From assembly GCA_002633005.1 (NCBI GenBank), contig NMRA01000100.1, positions 20,497 to 84,496 on the forward strand: a stretch of 64,000 nucleotides of DNA, given 5' to 3'. The number at the start of each line of letters is the position of its first letter. Positions within the stretch are counted from its first letter, which is position 1. A program made the position numbers and the translations under genes. Under the pieces are notes generated by a model. The model was not told the origin of the DNA, ran no database searches, and saw only the letters and a list, made by a program, of their open reading frames with translations. The DNA comes from Phoronis australis (Eukaryota > Animalia > Phoronida). Of this stretch, positions 24,501-37,380 are shown piece after piece.

Positions 24501-27500
24501 TGTACGCGTTGCTGAATACAACACAAAAACAAATAAACTTCACACGTAACACATCACCAGCCAGTCTTGGGCTTATAATTCGAGATACCAAACACCCAAA
24601 TGGTTACACACAATATAGGCGATTCCTGCGACAATATGTTGTCCTGATCAAAAACCTTGCAAGCATTCCGTAAAATTTAGAAACAAGTCTAGAGGGGAAC
24701 ATTCCCTTGGAAACTCTGTTCTTAGGTAATGGTCTGATATAACATGCCCGAATTTTGAGAACCAGTTTTCCCCACTAAATAATGGGCATCAAACTGGTTC
24801 TCAAAATGCTGGCACGTTATATCAGACTACTATTACATCTGGTGCAAACGAAAATAAAATGCACTTTGTCTTCAATTAAATTTTGGTTACATACTTAACA
24901 TAATCTTTCATTTAATAGAGTTCACTAAAAACCTTCGTAATTCCACCTCTAATGGCAAAATTCCAGACCTCAACTGTGCTAATACAGATCTCGATGTAGT
25001 AGAAAGAAATGCAGAGTTTTCAATGCACTATTCCGACTTGAAAGCCTTATAGATGAACGTAATTAAGGTTTCGAGTCAACCAAGTCACTCTACAGCCTTT
25101 CCTCTTTCTTAAAAAAAAAAAATTACCAAAATATTCAACAGAAATCACGTTTTGAAGTAAATGCATGGAGCATATGAACCCCTGAAAATATATCTTTGAT
25201 AGATGTGGTCCAGTCATTTTTACACGCATTACAATCATAAATAAATAAACGTTTTTCAATTCTGTTCTCATCCATCACAATTAAACGAATCCATAAACGG
25301 ATCATGTTCTCATGCTGTTTACAAACTGCTGTTGCCCAGCTGTTGTCTGCGGATAGAGCTGCATGGGCTGCATACTAATGTACTCCTAGGAAAAGCTAAA
25401 GGGCTCTAGAACAAACCACTTCTCATTGTGAGAAAAGTTTATAGCCTCAAACCCAAGAACAATACTCCATGACAGAGCTAACAGAGTATTTGGTAACAGT
25501 GTTAAAACTCATGTTTCTTACATCTTGTATTTGGGAAAATATGCATAGCTGATTCCTAAAACTTTCCCCAATTTTATAGGATGGACATTAAACCGTAACT
25601 AAAATAAATTTTCAACAACCCACGAGAAACTAGCCTGAGGGCACAAGCTCATGGCATAGATAACGGTAGATAGATGTATCTATTATGTTCCCTATGTTTT
25701 TTTTCTTATAATAAAGATAATGGTAAGCATTTATCGGTAACTGGCTGATGGGCGCCCAAGGTACGATACATGTGCGACCTGTATTGCTGTACTCCAACAA
25801 ATACGCAACAAACTTAGGAAAACAATGGTAGCATCCCATAGGCAATAACCAAGCTTACGTCTGTCGCAAGGATCTCACAAGTTAAACAATAGCTTGCGAA
25901 ATCCATATGACATCATTGGGCAAGGCCCGGAATAAACTCCTACCTGCGGGGACTGTGCACCTGCTACAGTATTGATATGTATGAGTGTATATTCGTCAAA
26001 TACAAGTATATACTAAGGTGTACATTTGGACTTGACTTTTGGGTCCCTAACCTAATATTTCCTGAATACATTCCCCATGCAGTCTTGTCGGAACAAAACT
26101 CTGGTAATCAGATTGTACTCCAGTCACTTGTGTCTGTCGATTGCCAATAGTAAAAAGACTTGCCCATAACTGCACATGTGTAGTGTTAATATTCTATATA
26201 ACGGGACTGACTGTGGAAAACTAAAGTATGAAAGAACTTAAAGAAAAGTTAATTTGTGTGTGGTCATAGTGCAAGACTCAGAGTCCTGACAGGTGATTTT
26301 CAGAAACTTAAGCCTTCTTAATAGGACGGTCCGATTACACAACACTTGAATCTAGCAGTACCCACAACAATGTCATTGGCACAATAGGAGTTTCTCAATT
26401 TATTTATTGGGTGTGTTCATGCCATGAGAATAGGGTCTACAGATGTAGCAACAACAAGGCTAGCCTAGGCTAGTTGCCTTACCCCAGCCAAGCAACACTG
26501 AGTCCAGACTATTCATAAAGACATGCCCAAGTTAATTGAGCGTGTACTAAATCTTTACTAGAAAGTAGGGCACCTGTAATTATTTCCATCATATTAGGTT
26601 TATTGCTTTGGAAACAGAAAGGGTATGGTACTGCGCTGTCTGCATGTGACCAGGGTGACATGTTGCTTTTTTCTCTATTGCATTAACTGTATTAGACTTT
26701 CCAATGCCAGTAAAATTTTATCTGCGGTGCTGTTGGCTGCAAGCCGTGGCAGAAAGTTATATACAAACTTGAGAGTTATACGGGGATGCCATATCTTACG
26801 TGCCCCAGAATCAGCCCGATTTTTCTAAAACGAGGCCAATGGAACAATGCGTTTCCCAACCTCCATGGCAAAGGAGATTTCTTTCCCGGACCATCCTATT
26901 GGTACTGCACTTCTAATAGAAGCTGTCGTGCAATTGTGAAAGAGTATCTAATTCAAGCTTTCCCTTCAGCACACATATTGACTTGGATTTTGGCACAAAT
27001 TAACCAATAAGGTATAGCCATCACATTAAGATATGTAATTGGCTATCTTGGTTTGTTGCCTTTACGTAGTAACAGTAAAACCATGAAACCACATCAGTTT
27101 TTAAAATCCTTAAAGATCACAGAATCTTATGATGTACATGAAAATAATTCCAAGATGTTTGTAATCACAAAACTGCACTGTTTGTTAAAAAATCGCAACG
27201 TTCACAGACACGAAGTTTTTTGTACAAAACTTGGTAAATTCTGTTACGTATTCTGTTAGCTACAAAATCATTTCTAGGATTTCCGTTGAACGCCCTTTAA
27301 CCAAAGAAATCTGCTGTCAAATTTGAAGACAACCACATTCCTTGAAAAAACAGAAGTCTTGATTTTTGACTGACATGTGAGTCATTGGGCTAAAAGGCCT
27401 TAACAGACGTTCTACTATGCAGCTAATAAACCAAAGGCACATTCATGTTTGTGGAAATTAAGGTGATCTAGAAACAATGCATGAGTCACATTATTACACT

Positions 27501-30500
27501 GAAACACGGGCATTATTTTTGAGCACAGTGAACATCAAGGATTTTAAAAATATACACATTCACAGATTTACAATGAATACATTAAACGTTATTTAAGAAA
27601 TTTCATCCGAGTTAATGGAGATTGCGGTGTTACCTTTGGTAAAATTAAAAAAGCTCTCACCTTAAACGCTTCTCTGACACCACTGAGCATTAACACTAAA
27701 TGTTGTCCGTGCCTGAAAAATAATTAGGCAGTTAATCTAAAACTAACTGCAGATTCAGTGAGCCACATCTCGCTTTGCCGATTTGGGCAAATAGCACAAC
27801 ACAGTGGGACTGAAACTACTACAGCGATCACTGTATGCTTCCAACTTCAAATTAACATCGCGTGAACCTGGGACGTAAACCATGTCACAAGTCTATAATA
27901 CTCATTAGCCAAGTTACCAGAGCGTGTGTCAGTCAGTAGCTCTGTCAACCCTCATATTTACAGTATTAATGCAGTTGGAGTGGTGATATTTTTAAATCAA
28001 ATAGTGCATTCTAAGTACATTATTTGATCGCTTTGGGAATTGATATGACTTAATATTACTGCAATAATCACTGCACAACTTCAAATTAGCGTTGCACAAA
28101 CCAAGAATCTAAATTGCGATTACAAAGCATGACAGACACAGTGTCAGAAAGATAGGAATGTTTATATCTTATGTTTACATCTTAAATAGTTGCAGCTTTC
28201 ACGATATACTGCTTTTTGTAGAATCATTTTTATTAGCAGCACTTTCGAAACCAGTCGTTTTTTTGCGTTCCCAAACCACAAAGCCTCGAACTGATTGATT
28301 TCATGAGACCTGGTCTTGCCGACAATGACAATGCGCTGTAGGCTCGGCTGCTTCAACGTCACGGCGTGTCACCGGCATCAGCTAGTGAACACATTAAAAA
28401 CATGGTTACAATGACTGTTTATCAACTTCAAAGTCTCAGAAAATCTTGTATTTGCTGTGTTCTGTTCCATACATCGACCATTTAAACATCTTGATTTTCA
28501 TACAGCACTTCAACAATCTTTCGTCTTTGACAAAAAATCAACTGAAGTCAGTACTTGCAAAGTTATCATTTTCCCAATTCACATTTTTGTACTTACGGAC
28601 AGAATTCCAGTTCAAGATAGTTTTCTAGGTTCCCATGAAAAAATAACTCCACCACTGCAAAAAAAGTTAAGTAACAATCATTTATAAACTATTTAACTGA
28701 CTGCTATGCTTTAAAAAATGTGAGCATTGATCAACAGCTGACCCACCATATGGTGATCGGGTCTTTCGTGGACAGGCGTTCAGCGCCACCTACAGATCCC
28801 ATATAATGCGGATGGGGGGTTTCAACTTACTGGTATAAACAGCGTTTTAATTCCGTTCCTGCACACCTATTATAATACTGGCAAATTCCCACTGCTGTGC
28901 AGTGGGATGTACCCATGCCTTACAAAAAGAGGCAAACCTTTTGAAATATTAATTTACGAGCAACGACGTTCCGTTTCATACATTTTCCACTACGAAGATT
29001 TATCCGCGACGTAGCCAGAGGCTGCCCCTGATAAAGCGAAAGAACTTTGATCCCAGTCAGTGTCAAAGGCCAAAACAAATTAGTAAACTTTAACCAATCA
29101 AACAGTTGGAGGGACTGACAATGGATTTAATTCCCTTGCTTCTACATTTATGAACCAGTAATTGAATTTCTGTCCACCAAATCTGAGTCGCGTGCTCTTA
29201 CTACTCTAGAGAGTGCCACCATGAAAAGTCCCCTACTGCGTATTGTTCATGATCGGTAATAAATTATGTTTAGAGACAGACAATTACTATGACTTAATAA
29301 CGGAGGAAAAAATTACTCACCTTCAAAATCCCACAATGGACCAGAGAAGGCATTGCCAATCTCACCACCTGGGTTCTTTGGATCATTGAAGAAAGGAGCC
29401 TCAATTTCTATAGTTATAATGTGATCACCGGATTGTTTCAGCTTGATAATGACTGGCTCATGATCGATAGGTGTTGAATCCCACTGGTTTGTTATTCTGT
29501 ACTCATACCTAGACAACGAAACATAAGTTGACTGCAAAAAAAATCAAACATCTGAAGAGCAAGCCATGACCTGCAGTGCGAGACTTTAAATTTGAGGGCG
29601 ATTCGTGATATAGGTATCGATGGGCACCAAGTCAACAGTACAAGTGTGTCCCTGACAAGCATAGAACTGTTGGAACTCTTGTGGCCGCTTACCAGTAAGA
29701 ACAAGAAAACGGATAGCTTTTATCCCTGGCTGCAGCTCCTGGTTAAGTAAAATATGCTTAGCAACTGAGTTGTTACTGGTAAACAAAATCCTCCCCTTAA
29801 TGGTTTGAACTCCAGGGCCGGGTTTCTAAATGGAGGCTAGCACAGATGTCGGTGCTCTTATGTCCGGCATCACAACTCACAAGCCAATTGTACAACCACA
29901 GTTCAAAACCGGCCAACGGGTACAAGATAACCGAAACCTAACGTGACTATTTTACCTTATTTTCATCGTATTTCTTGTATTAAAATTATCCTAACTTAAC
30001 TTTTTTATGAGAGGAATTCAACTTCAGAATCCAAAAAGTTTGAAACATCACCAATTTTAGTATAGTATATATATTAGTTTATTGTAGCCAGTGCTTTACT
30101 GCGGTGAAGCCATTGTAAGGCCATGGCTAATGCAGTAATTGCTCCACTCCAGACAACAAGACCTCAGATTCCCTGATAAAAAGGCGTCGTGAAGGCAACA
30201 GGAATTGTACACCAAAAGGAGCTGAGTTTCTAATACTCGGTGAGATTGGAGATGGTGTCTGGGTTTCAAAAGAGACGACATTCGACATTCGTTATTGCTA
30301 AGGACGAGGCTCTATGAAGTTGGCTAGTCACGGCGTGTCACCTTACGTGCTGAGCATGTGGCTTTAAGAAATAATGAAACTCAGTTCTTTGCAAACTCAG
30401 AAATCACTTCTCACCTGAAAGAACAAGTTGAGGCAAATTTTAAAATTTCACAAATTTTACAGCAGTAAGTGATGTAAATTGAAGGTTTGCTTCTTTAACG

Positions 30501-32827
30501 AAACCCGTATTTAATGCCAATAACTTTATGGTGCCATTTTTAAGCAACATTACTTAAATATTACGATGTGATTTATATATGTATTATAGTCAAGTTAAAG
30601 AAAAAGGTATCTTCTTACTACAAATACTGCTGTTCTACATTTTACAAATGATAAGTCATGCCGCATTTTAATTGGAGATTAATAGTACAGAGGCGGATGC
30701 AGAATTTTGAGTTGGGGGGGNNNNNNGTTGGGGGGGAGGGGGGGGGGACAGGGCAGAGTATTAGCCAGGGTTTTGCTCATCAGACATTCGTACTCCCAAA
30801 CTGCCAAATGGAATATGGGAGAATTTTACTAGGGGGGCCATGGCCCCTTTGGCCTCCCTCTAAGTTTGTCATTGTAGTACAATTAACTTTTGGGCTCAGT
30901 GCTCAGCAGCAAATCAACTTTACGAAATGCCATCAAAAGACTAAAACGGTCATCCCAAAAATAACAAAGCATTCCACTACCAGTACTGATGCACTCAAAC
31001 CACAAAGTGTTTCATTTTACAAAGAGAAAGTGTGAGATACACGCACAAAGGCAACAGAGATCGGCAATTGAACGTTTGTATCTTGTTGCCTGGCTCGTCA
31101 TCAGACTAATCATCTAACCTATAGCTCTTGGGGCACAACTTTATATTCCGACACTTTGAGGCATTTTCCACATATTTTTTCAATTCAAAGAGAAAAATCA
31201 CGCCAAACCACACCTCAACCTGTGACTGTTTTGATTTTGCAATTTTTTGGTGTGATCACACATGAGCGGAAAAGTTGCGTCGGCCGGGAACACGTAGTGT
31301 CTTTAATGTCGTGAATTCACATATGGGCAGAAATCAATTACCATGTCCACATAGGCTAAACAATAGTTTACGGTTTTTCAAGCTGAACATTGATAATAAG
31401 GTGCGCACAACTTATGCTGAAAGTAACTAGTATCATCCATGGAATAATTTGACAACTTATTCCATTCATTGCCGATGAGAAATTAGCAAAAAAATTACAA
31501 TGCATTTTGCTGATTGAATGTTTTTAGAACTTGGGATTCAGCTTAAAAAGGTGAGAACGACCTTGAAACCATGATACTCCCTGCTCAAATTTCACTGCAT
31601 TCTTTTGGCTTATTAAGATCATGTAACAGGTGGATATACACCGCTATTGGTTGGCTAGTGGAAGACTGGGAGCGCAGGTACGTCACGATACAGTCCAGTT
31701 ACCTCCAGGTTGACAGAAGACCGATTTGAGGTTTGCGCACAGATTGTTCCACCTGTTGACGGAAAATGCAGGTGGTGCAGGCCACACAATGATTAGGAAG
31801 TTGTAGCGGGTTTCCCTTGCGAAATGAAATGTATCGATTACATCGACACATTTTAAAATGCACTACATCGTGCCGCTGTTGAGCGGGTGGTATTCACAAG
31901 TCACCCCATTAAGCTCAGGCTACGACCGTACGGCATTGGTTGGTGGTCCCTGATTTTGAGAACCAGTTTTATCCACTGAATAATGGACTCGTTATTCAGT
32001 GCTTGCCTGGTTCTCAAAATTAGGGACCACTGTATGCTACCAGTGCCCTCAGCGGCCTCAACAGTGAGTACTATAGAGGTTACTATAGGACAAATCAACA
32101 TTGAACGAGCAGCAGTTGCAATGTGCATTTGTTCTCCTTCATTCAGGTGTAGTTAAACTGATTTTTGCCATTCAAGCAAAGAAAATTTTTGATGATGTAT
32201 TTAGTTTTTGTTGTGTGTAGAGTCTAAAATGGACAGGAAAAATATCTTGCCACAAATGTGAAATGGACTTGACGGTTGTCACCTCTGTTTGCTAATCCCG
32301 AAACCATAGAAGATGGTTATACATAGCTGTTTTGATCCCAATGGGTGAAAAATATTCAAAGTTGCCTGTTGGGCAATAACACGAAGTGCACCCTCACCGT
32401 GGAATAAACAGACAACTAAGCTTGCAGCAGGCACACCAGCTTACAAGTGCCAGTGATAAGCACCGGTGCTAGACGAAGCCTGACAAAGCCTTCATCTTAA
32501 TGAGTGACTGAAAGATCACTGATAGCCACTGAGTCTCTGACCTCTGTTCTGTTTTCCCATAGACAGATAACAGTCACAGTCATTGTCTGTGATAGTGTGA
32601 TCCTGACTCAGTAGTGACGACCTGGCTGGCATAAGCCAGGCCTATAATATTCGATCAATGTCAATATGCAGACGTGGCGAACAACCCATACCAAAAAGCT
32701 GCTTGCAAAACACTTACATGATTTTTTTCACATGTCCAGTTCTTAAATAATAATATATCAAAACAAACGCACAAAAACACGTAAAAAAGAGAAACAAAGT
32801 AATAAACTTTCTCAACACGGACCTCAT
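21427..32827 (-). CDS. C4orf33: UPF0462 protein C4orf33 orthologue, 6 coding exons, 234 aa, with extra N-terminal hydrophobic signal-anchor
   Basis: Exons (minus) 32827-32718, 29508-29321, 28654-28597, 27712-27661, 22793-22597 and 21526-21427 are all GT-AG with matching phases (2,1,2,0,2), totalling 705 nt. Spliced protein: MRSVLRKFITLFLFFTCFCAFVLIYYYLRTGHVKKI-MYEYRITNQWDSTPIDHEPV...APFFNDP...LWDFEVVELFF...[19 protein letters not shown]...KELPL...[28 protein letters not shown]...PDFHRLEYF. It matches recalled human C4orf33 motifs (WDG..[78 protein letters not shown]). Confidence 0.93.
22597..22793 (-). CDS. C4orf33: C4orf33-like exon 5
   Basis: Acceptor ttttcag, encodes KELPLKY...[28 protein letters not shown]...DPD, donor GTAAGT. 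Confidence 0.94.
23415..24397. mobile_element. 983-bp non-autonomous TIR element (hAT-like CA.TGGCGGATC termini) in C4orf33 intron 4
   Basis: TIRs cataggcggatttagg / cctagatccgccactg. Flanking direct repeat CTTAG at 23410-23414 and 24398-24402. Confidence 0.8.
24726..24836. mobile_element. ~105-bp hairpin MITE (TTTTGAGAACCAG family); other copies at 31943-32030, ~40848-40905, 47146-47228 and 50938-51037
   Basis: Arms gtctgatataacatgcc..attttgagaaccagttt / aaactggttctcaaaat..ggcacgttatatcagac. The same core recurs five times in the window. Confidence 0.85.
27661..27712 (-). CDS. C4orf33: C4orf33-like exon 4
   Basis: Acceptor tttttcag, encodes [17 protein letters not shown], donor GTGAGA. Confidence 0.92.
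28597..28654 (-). CDS. C4orf33: C4orf33-like exon 3
   Basis: Acceptor tttttgcag, encodes (V)VELFFHGNLENYLELEFC(P), donor GTAAGT. Confidence 0.92.
29321..29508 (-). CDS. C4orf33: C4orf33-like exon 2
   Basis: Acceptor ttgtctag, encodes YEYRITNQWDSTPIDHEP...GPLWDFE, donor GTGAGT. Confidence 0.93.
30687..30874. mobile_element. Short hAT-like MITE
   Basis: cagaggcggatgcagaatttt...gggggg start, GGCCCC-rich subterminal region and degenerate ...tttgtcattg end. Related ends occur at ~2105-2124 and ~54073. Confidence 0.55.
32718..32827 (-). CDS. C4orf33: C4orf33-like exon 1 (signal-anchor)
   Basis: ATG at 32827, 36 codons plus AT, donor GTAAGT at 32717. The phase-2 join to G at 29508 creates an ATG in frame with the conserved domain. 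Confidence 0.8.
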
Positions 32828-32997
32828 CGGACGGAAGTGATTTTGATCACATGATCTCGTGACCTATGACCCTGTTATTGTCGCCATTTTTATTGGGATC
32901 TGTAAAACTCTGAACAGGTGAAAGAAGACACTCCTTCCGATAGTTGATCGATTTGCTTAGTGATATGACCGATCGTCATCGGTAAAAGATATATACT
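32828..32997. promoter_or_regulatory. Candidate bidirectional promoter shared by the C4orf33-like (-) and CRACD-like (+) genes
   Basis: ETS/GABP-type ACGGAAGTG (32831-32839) and YY1-type CGCCATTTT (32882-32890) lie between the minus-strand ATG (32827) and a plus-strand donor GTAAGT (32998). Confidence 0.55.
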
Positions 32998-33859
32998 GTA
33001 AGTGTTATGTTAACTGAAATTAATGTGCTGTTGTTCTCTTTGAATTAGACATTAAAAGAAATGAAAAGTTATTAACAATCTGCCGCTGCGCCTTGCCTTG
33101 CCCTGGCCAGGCAGTGGCAGTGGCATTGAGTGAGTGTGGCCTTGGCATTGACGCGTCTTGGCTTGGGTTGTGTGTCTGCAGTTGAACTGTTCAGTGCCTG
33201 AGTTTTATTGAGGTGAGTGACTTTCATGGTCTGAAATTCTCTGTCGGGTTGGGGTCAGGCTTAGGGGGAATTTTGATGTTAACTGAAGCGAATTTAGGCA
33301 ACATGTAGCCTTGGCCTTGGGTTTGGTTGGTTGGCTAGGCCCTAGGGGCTTCAACACTTCCTACCAGCCTTTGTGTTAACTTCATCTTGTGTATTTTAAG
33401 TGTGCTGTTGGCCAGATATGCTCACTGTATAACAGGTTTTCGCTTTGTCAAAAATACATTTTACACTTAAAATTGTCACTTAAAAGTGCTTACTTTCTTT
33501 AGCAATCCTTTCTGGTTCTATTCATATACTTGACGAAGCGTATCTAAGACATTAAGATGACTGTGACGAAGAATTTCAACTCTACTTTTGTGGTGGCTGT
33601 TAGCTGTTAAATTTTTCATTTAGCACTCGTGATAGCCGGTAATTCAATTGACGTCACCCGCATTTGGTCATGACAAGCGTGAGATTGAGCGGAGCGCGTG
33701 ACCTGGAAGCTGACACTTGTTAAAAGTAGCACGTGAAGATATCCAGAGGAAGTTGTGTCTCTTTGACTTTTTTTTCATGAGCTTGAGAATTTTCACCCTA
33801 CCGGTATTGTTGTTAGTAGTGTTGGCATTGTCAACCTTTCCCTTGATATCCCCAGCTTT

Positions 33860-34262
33860 AGTGCCTTCCACACACAGACTTACCCTAGAACAAGCTACAC
33901 CTGTAATTTGTTGTTGCTAGGTTTGGGGGCTGTCTGGACACTAGTGGCACTTGCTCCACTCATGACAACTTGATCCACCATATAGAGGCAAGGTAACTTG
34001 TTCTAGCCGCTACTGCTATCGCTTTGTGGCCGCAAACCTGGCACAAGCCGGAAGTAATTGTCAGTTGCGTGCTTGTCCTTGAGCAGTTACGTACAGACGG
34101 ACCTTCTTTTTTGTGCTGTATCCGCATCAGCCATTTATTGTCATGCACAGAGCTACTACTGCTGTCTTTCGCTAGTTATCAAATATGTGTGGGGACGCTC
34201 CACTTAAAAGTGGGGCAAGTAGTGCAAGTTGCTCTAGGGAAAGCCTGTGTGTAGATGGGACT
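33860..34262. mobile_element. MITE (PIF/Harbinger-like), copy 1
   Basis: TIR ..ccacacacagacttaccctagaacaa / ttgctctagggaaagcctgtgtgtaga; homologous along its length to 57940-58356. Confidence 0.75.
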
Positions 34263-36798
34263 TTAAATGAACTTATTTCACTTGCTTTATCAACTATAAA
34301 ACAATTATCAGATTCACTTGTGTTGGTGGGAGCTTCTCTGTCCAAGTAGCTTGTGGGCCGTTGGGGAGCTTCTCAAAAGTTCAAGATGTTGGCTGAAATT
34401 GATGCGGGCAGGCGCTGTTTTCTTTAAAATGGCTATCAACCATAACAAAAAACAAAGTTTTGATGTAGACCATTTACTGAAGTGAAATTGGTCTCAAATT
34501 TTCCTTAGACCAATTGGAGGTGATTTTGCAGCTTCTAGAAGGTGGTTTTTTATGGTATACGCCAAGCATCATCTCGAGGAATTTTGGAGTATCAATTTTT
34601 TTCAACCTGGATATCACTTCGCATCTGAGTAAAGGACTAGTTGAGAGCAATTTTATAGCAGTATGTGTTCTAAATCACTTTTTGGGTTCATGGATACTCA
34701 AAATAGTTGGTACAGACTAGAACCAACCATGGTATGCTATGCCCTCGTTAGGCCAACTCTTTGTGAAACAGGAGCCCATGCAAACCGTTTGGAGATGTAG
34801 AGACTAGAGACTCTGAGTTCTTTTATCCCCGGTGATGTCACTTCCTGTGAGTGGCTGTAACAGAAGTAGGTCACTAAAAATCAAGTTGTTTTTTGTGGTT
34901 CATTAGGCTTGAAGTTCAGGCACCCAAGTCGAAGAGTTAGAAGATTTTAGTCTGTTGCTATTATAGTTTTTACTGTATACAGTAGATGTTATAATACAAC
35001 GTTTGGTAAAATTTTTACTGTTTATAGTAAATTAAAACAGACTTTGAAAAATAGAAAAATTACAAATTCGGCGTCGAATTTTGTGAGAAACAAGCTAACA
35101 ATTATCGTACACACGCCTAAATTCTAATTGGCCTTAATTTGTTTGTACGGTCATATATAGTGGTGAAAATCTTTGTGTCTCTGTTGTCCTTTGTGTAGTT
35201 TGGGAGAGCTGCAACCTGAAAAAATGGCGAGAAACGCCACTTTTGTGAAATGTATGTCTAATGTCTGTTTGTGACCTGTTATGGTGAAATACTTGTGACA
35301 AATGGCCGCTGGTACATTGAGTTGGAGCAGTCAGTCATGAAACATGCTTCACAGTCACTTACCATTGACATTGAATTGGTGGTATTTCTGATTGATTTAA
35401 TGTTGTCTCTCAATTGTCTCCCAAAATATCTGTCTCAATTTGATTTTAAATAGGCTTGCTGTAAATTAATGAATTCTGACTGAGCGCCAGTGAATGCAGA
35501 GTGAGATTTTAATGGAAAATTAACTTTTACTGAAAACATCAACGTTTTACTGTACAACGAATTTGTTGTTTTGTTTAACTATAAAATACAGGAAAAAAAT
35601 TATTAATTCCAGAAAATGACCTTTGAAATTTATTTCCAAATGCAACGGCATTTTCTGTGTAACTGGCCAAACTTTCCATTTTGACTGTGCTGTCTTTGGC
35701 CTGGCGTCTGACCTGGGAGTATTGGTCCTAGCTTCTGACTGGTGCAGATATCAGGTGCAATACTGTGTTGTTGTACGAAAGGGGTTCCATTGAGCTCTTT
35801 TGTGTTGAGGTATGCTCTGCATTGTACGGACCCTCAATAGGCTTCCTATGGTTCTGCCCTGATTTTGAGTGAGGCTTTCATTGCGTGTGAAAGGCATAAA
35901 AAATGTTACATCAATATCACTTGTCTGATGCTGTACTGTTACTTCTATCAATGATTAGTTTTTGGTTTCATCAAATAGTAGATTTACAAAAGATTTGCCA
36001 TGAACACCACATTAACTGAAAAATTACATCCATTTGAGACAAAAATAAATACTCAAGTTGATATTTTTTCATACTTCTAAGGCTTCTTTCATTGCTGTGA
36101 ATGCCAACAGTTTCTCAAAATATTGTCCAATGGTAGCAATGCATACCGAGATTTTCTGTAGATAAGCCCATGTGTATGTATTCGGAAAATGAAAATTTTC
36201 TGCCGTTTCAGTTACACCAAATATTTGGAGGGGGGCAGGTAAACGGAAAGTCATAGCCTCGGCTGATATGAAAATGTCGGTGATTTTTTTGCATAAAACT
36301 GCTTTTTAATTTTAAGTTAATAAATACATAGTTTGCTAATACTTTGTTTGGTTTTATAATTGATATATGCTCCAAACAACTGAATTTGTGGCTTAAAGTT
36401 GGGCTTTTACGAGGAAATTTTCCGAAAAAATGCACCAATATCTGGACACTTGACATCAGAAGTTGTAACACCAAATAAATACCTATTGTGCATTTATGCG
36501 GCATAATTTTCCAAATAAACACTCGTGGGGGTTTCATCGGATGGGCTTATCTACGTAAATCTTGGTAGAACTTAAAAATAATAAATTTTATTTTGTGCCT
36601 TTCTTACATTTTGAAGACAAAATGTCTGCCATGTCGAGTCCTAACTTTGTCAGAGATTTTACTGTAGTTGTTAAATCAAAATTCCTGCAACACACATGTT
36701 TAAAGGATAAATGCTGTTTGGCACCCTCTTGTTGAGTTGTTATGGCTTGTGATAATGGGGTCATCACTGGTCATGCTTGGTTTTTCTCCATTGTTCAG

Positions 36799-36846
36799 AT
36801 GACCCAGGTCCACCCTTGGTGGAGTAAAATCTTGCAAAGGTATCAG
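36799..36846 (+). other. Putative 5'UTR exon of the CRACD-like gene
   Basis: Acceptor ttgttcag after a polypyrimidine tract, donor CAG|GTAAC. Confidence 0.45.
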
Positions 36847-36876
36847 GTAACACTTTATGAGACCTGGATGCTTTAA

Positions 36877-37380
36877 GGCCCTTTCACACTAAGGTCCACG
36901 ACCACACACACGACCACACACACGTCTATGTTTTGGTAAGTTGTGGTCAAGTATGAATGGTTATCTTCCGTCCTTGACTGAAGTTTACATTGCCAGTTAA
37001 TTTCACAGTAAACAAGTGGATTGAACTGTGGAGCGTGGACGCTGCAGTGCGGTATGAACGATCAACTCCGCCAGGGGTCACTGCTATTGTCAGTGTCATC
37101 GCTACAGCTGCTTATATTTTGCTTGAATATTCACCAATTGAATTAGAAATAAGTTTTATATCATTTAGCACACACAAATGTTCTCAAATTATCACATAAA
37201 AAAAAGTTAGCGAGCACGGGATGCATCAGCATTACCTTGCGATTATTTCGATGACGACAGCGCCACCTACCATTTACTTCAATGCCATTAACAAACAAAG
37301 CTGGTACGAACGATTCAATTAACTTCGACGTTTACATCAACGCTCCGCTTATAGTGGAGTTTAGTTTGTATGAAAAGGCC
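36877..37380. mobile_element. MITE with GGCCYTTTCAYAC TIRs flanked by TTAA
   Basis: ttaa|ggccctttcacac ... gtatgaaaaggcc|ttaa. Whether the target is TWA (Harbinger) or TTAA is ambiguous. Confidence 0.75.
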
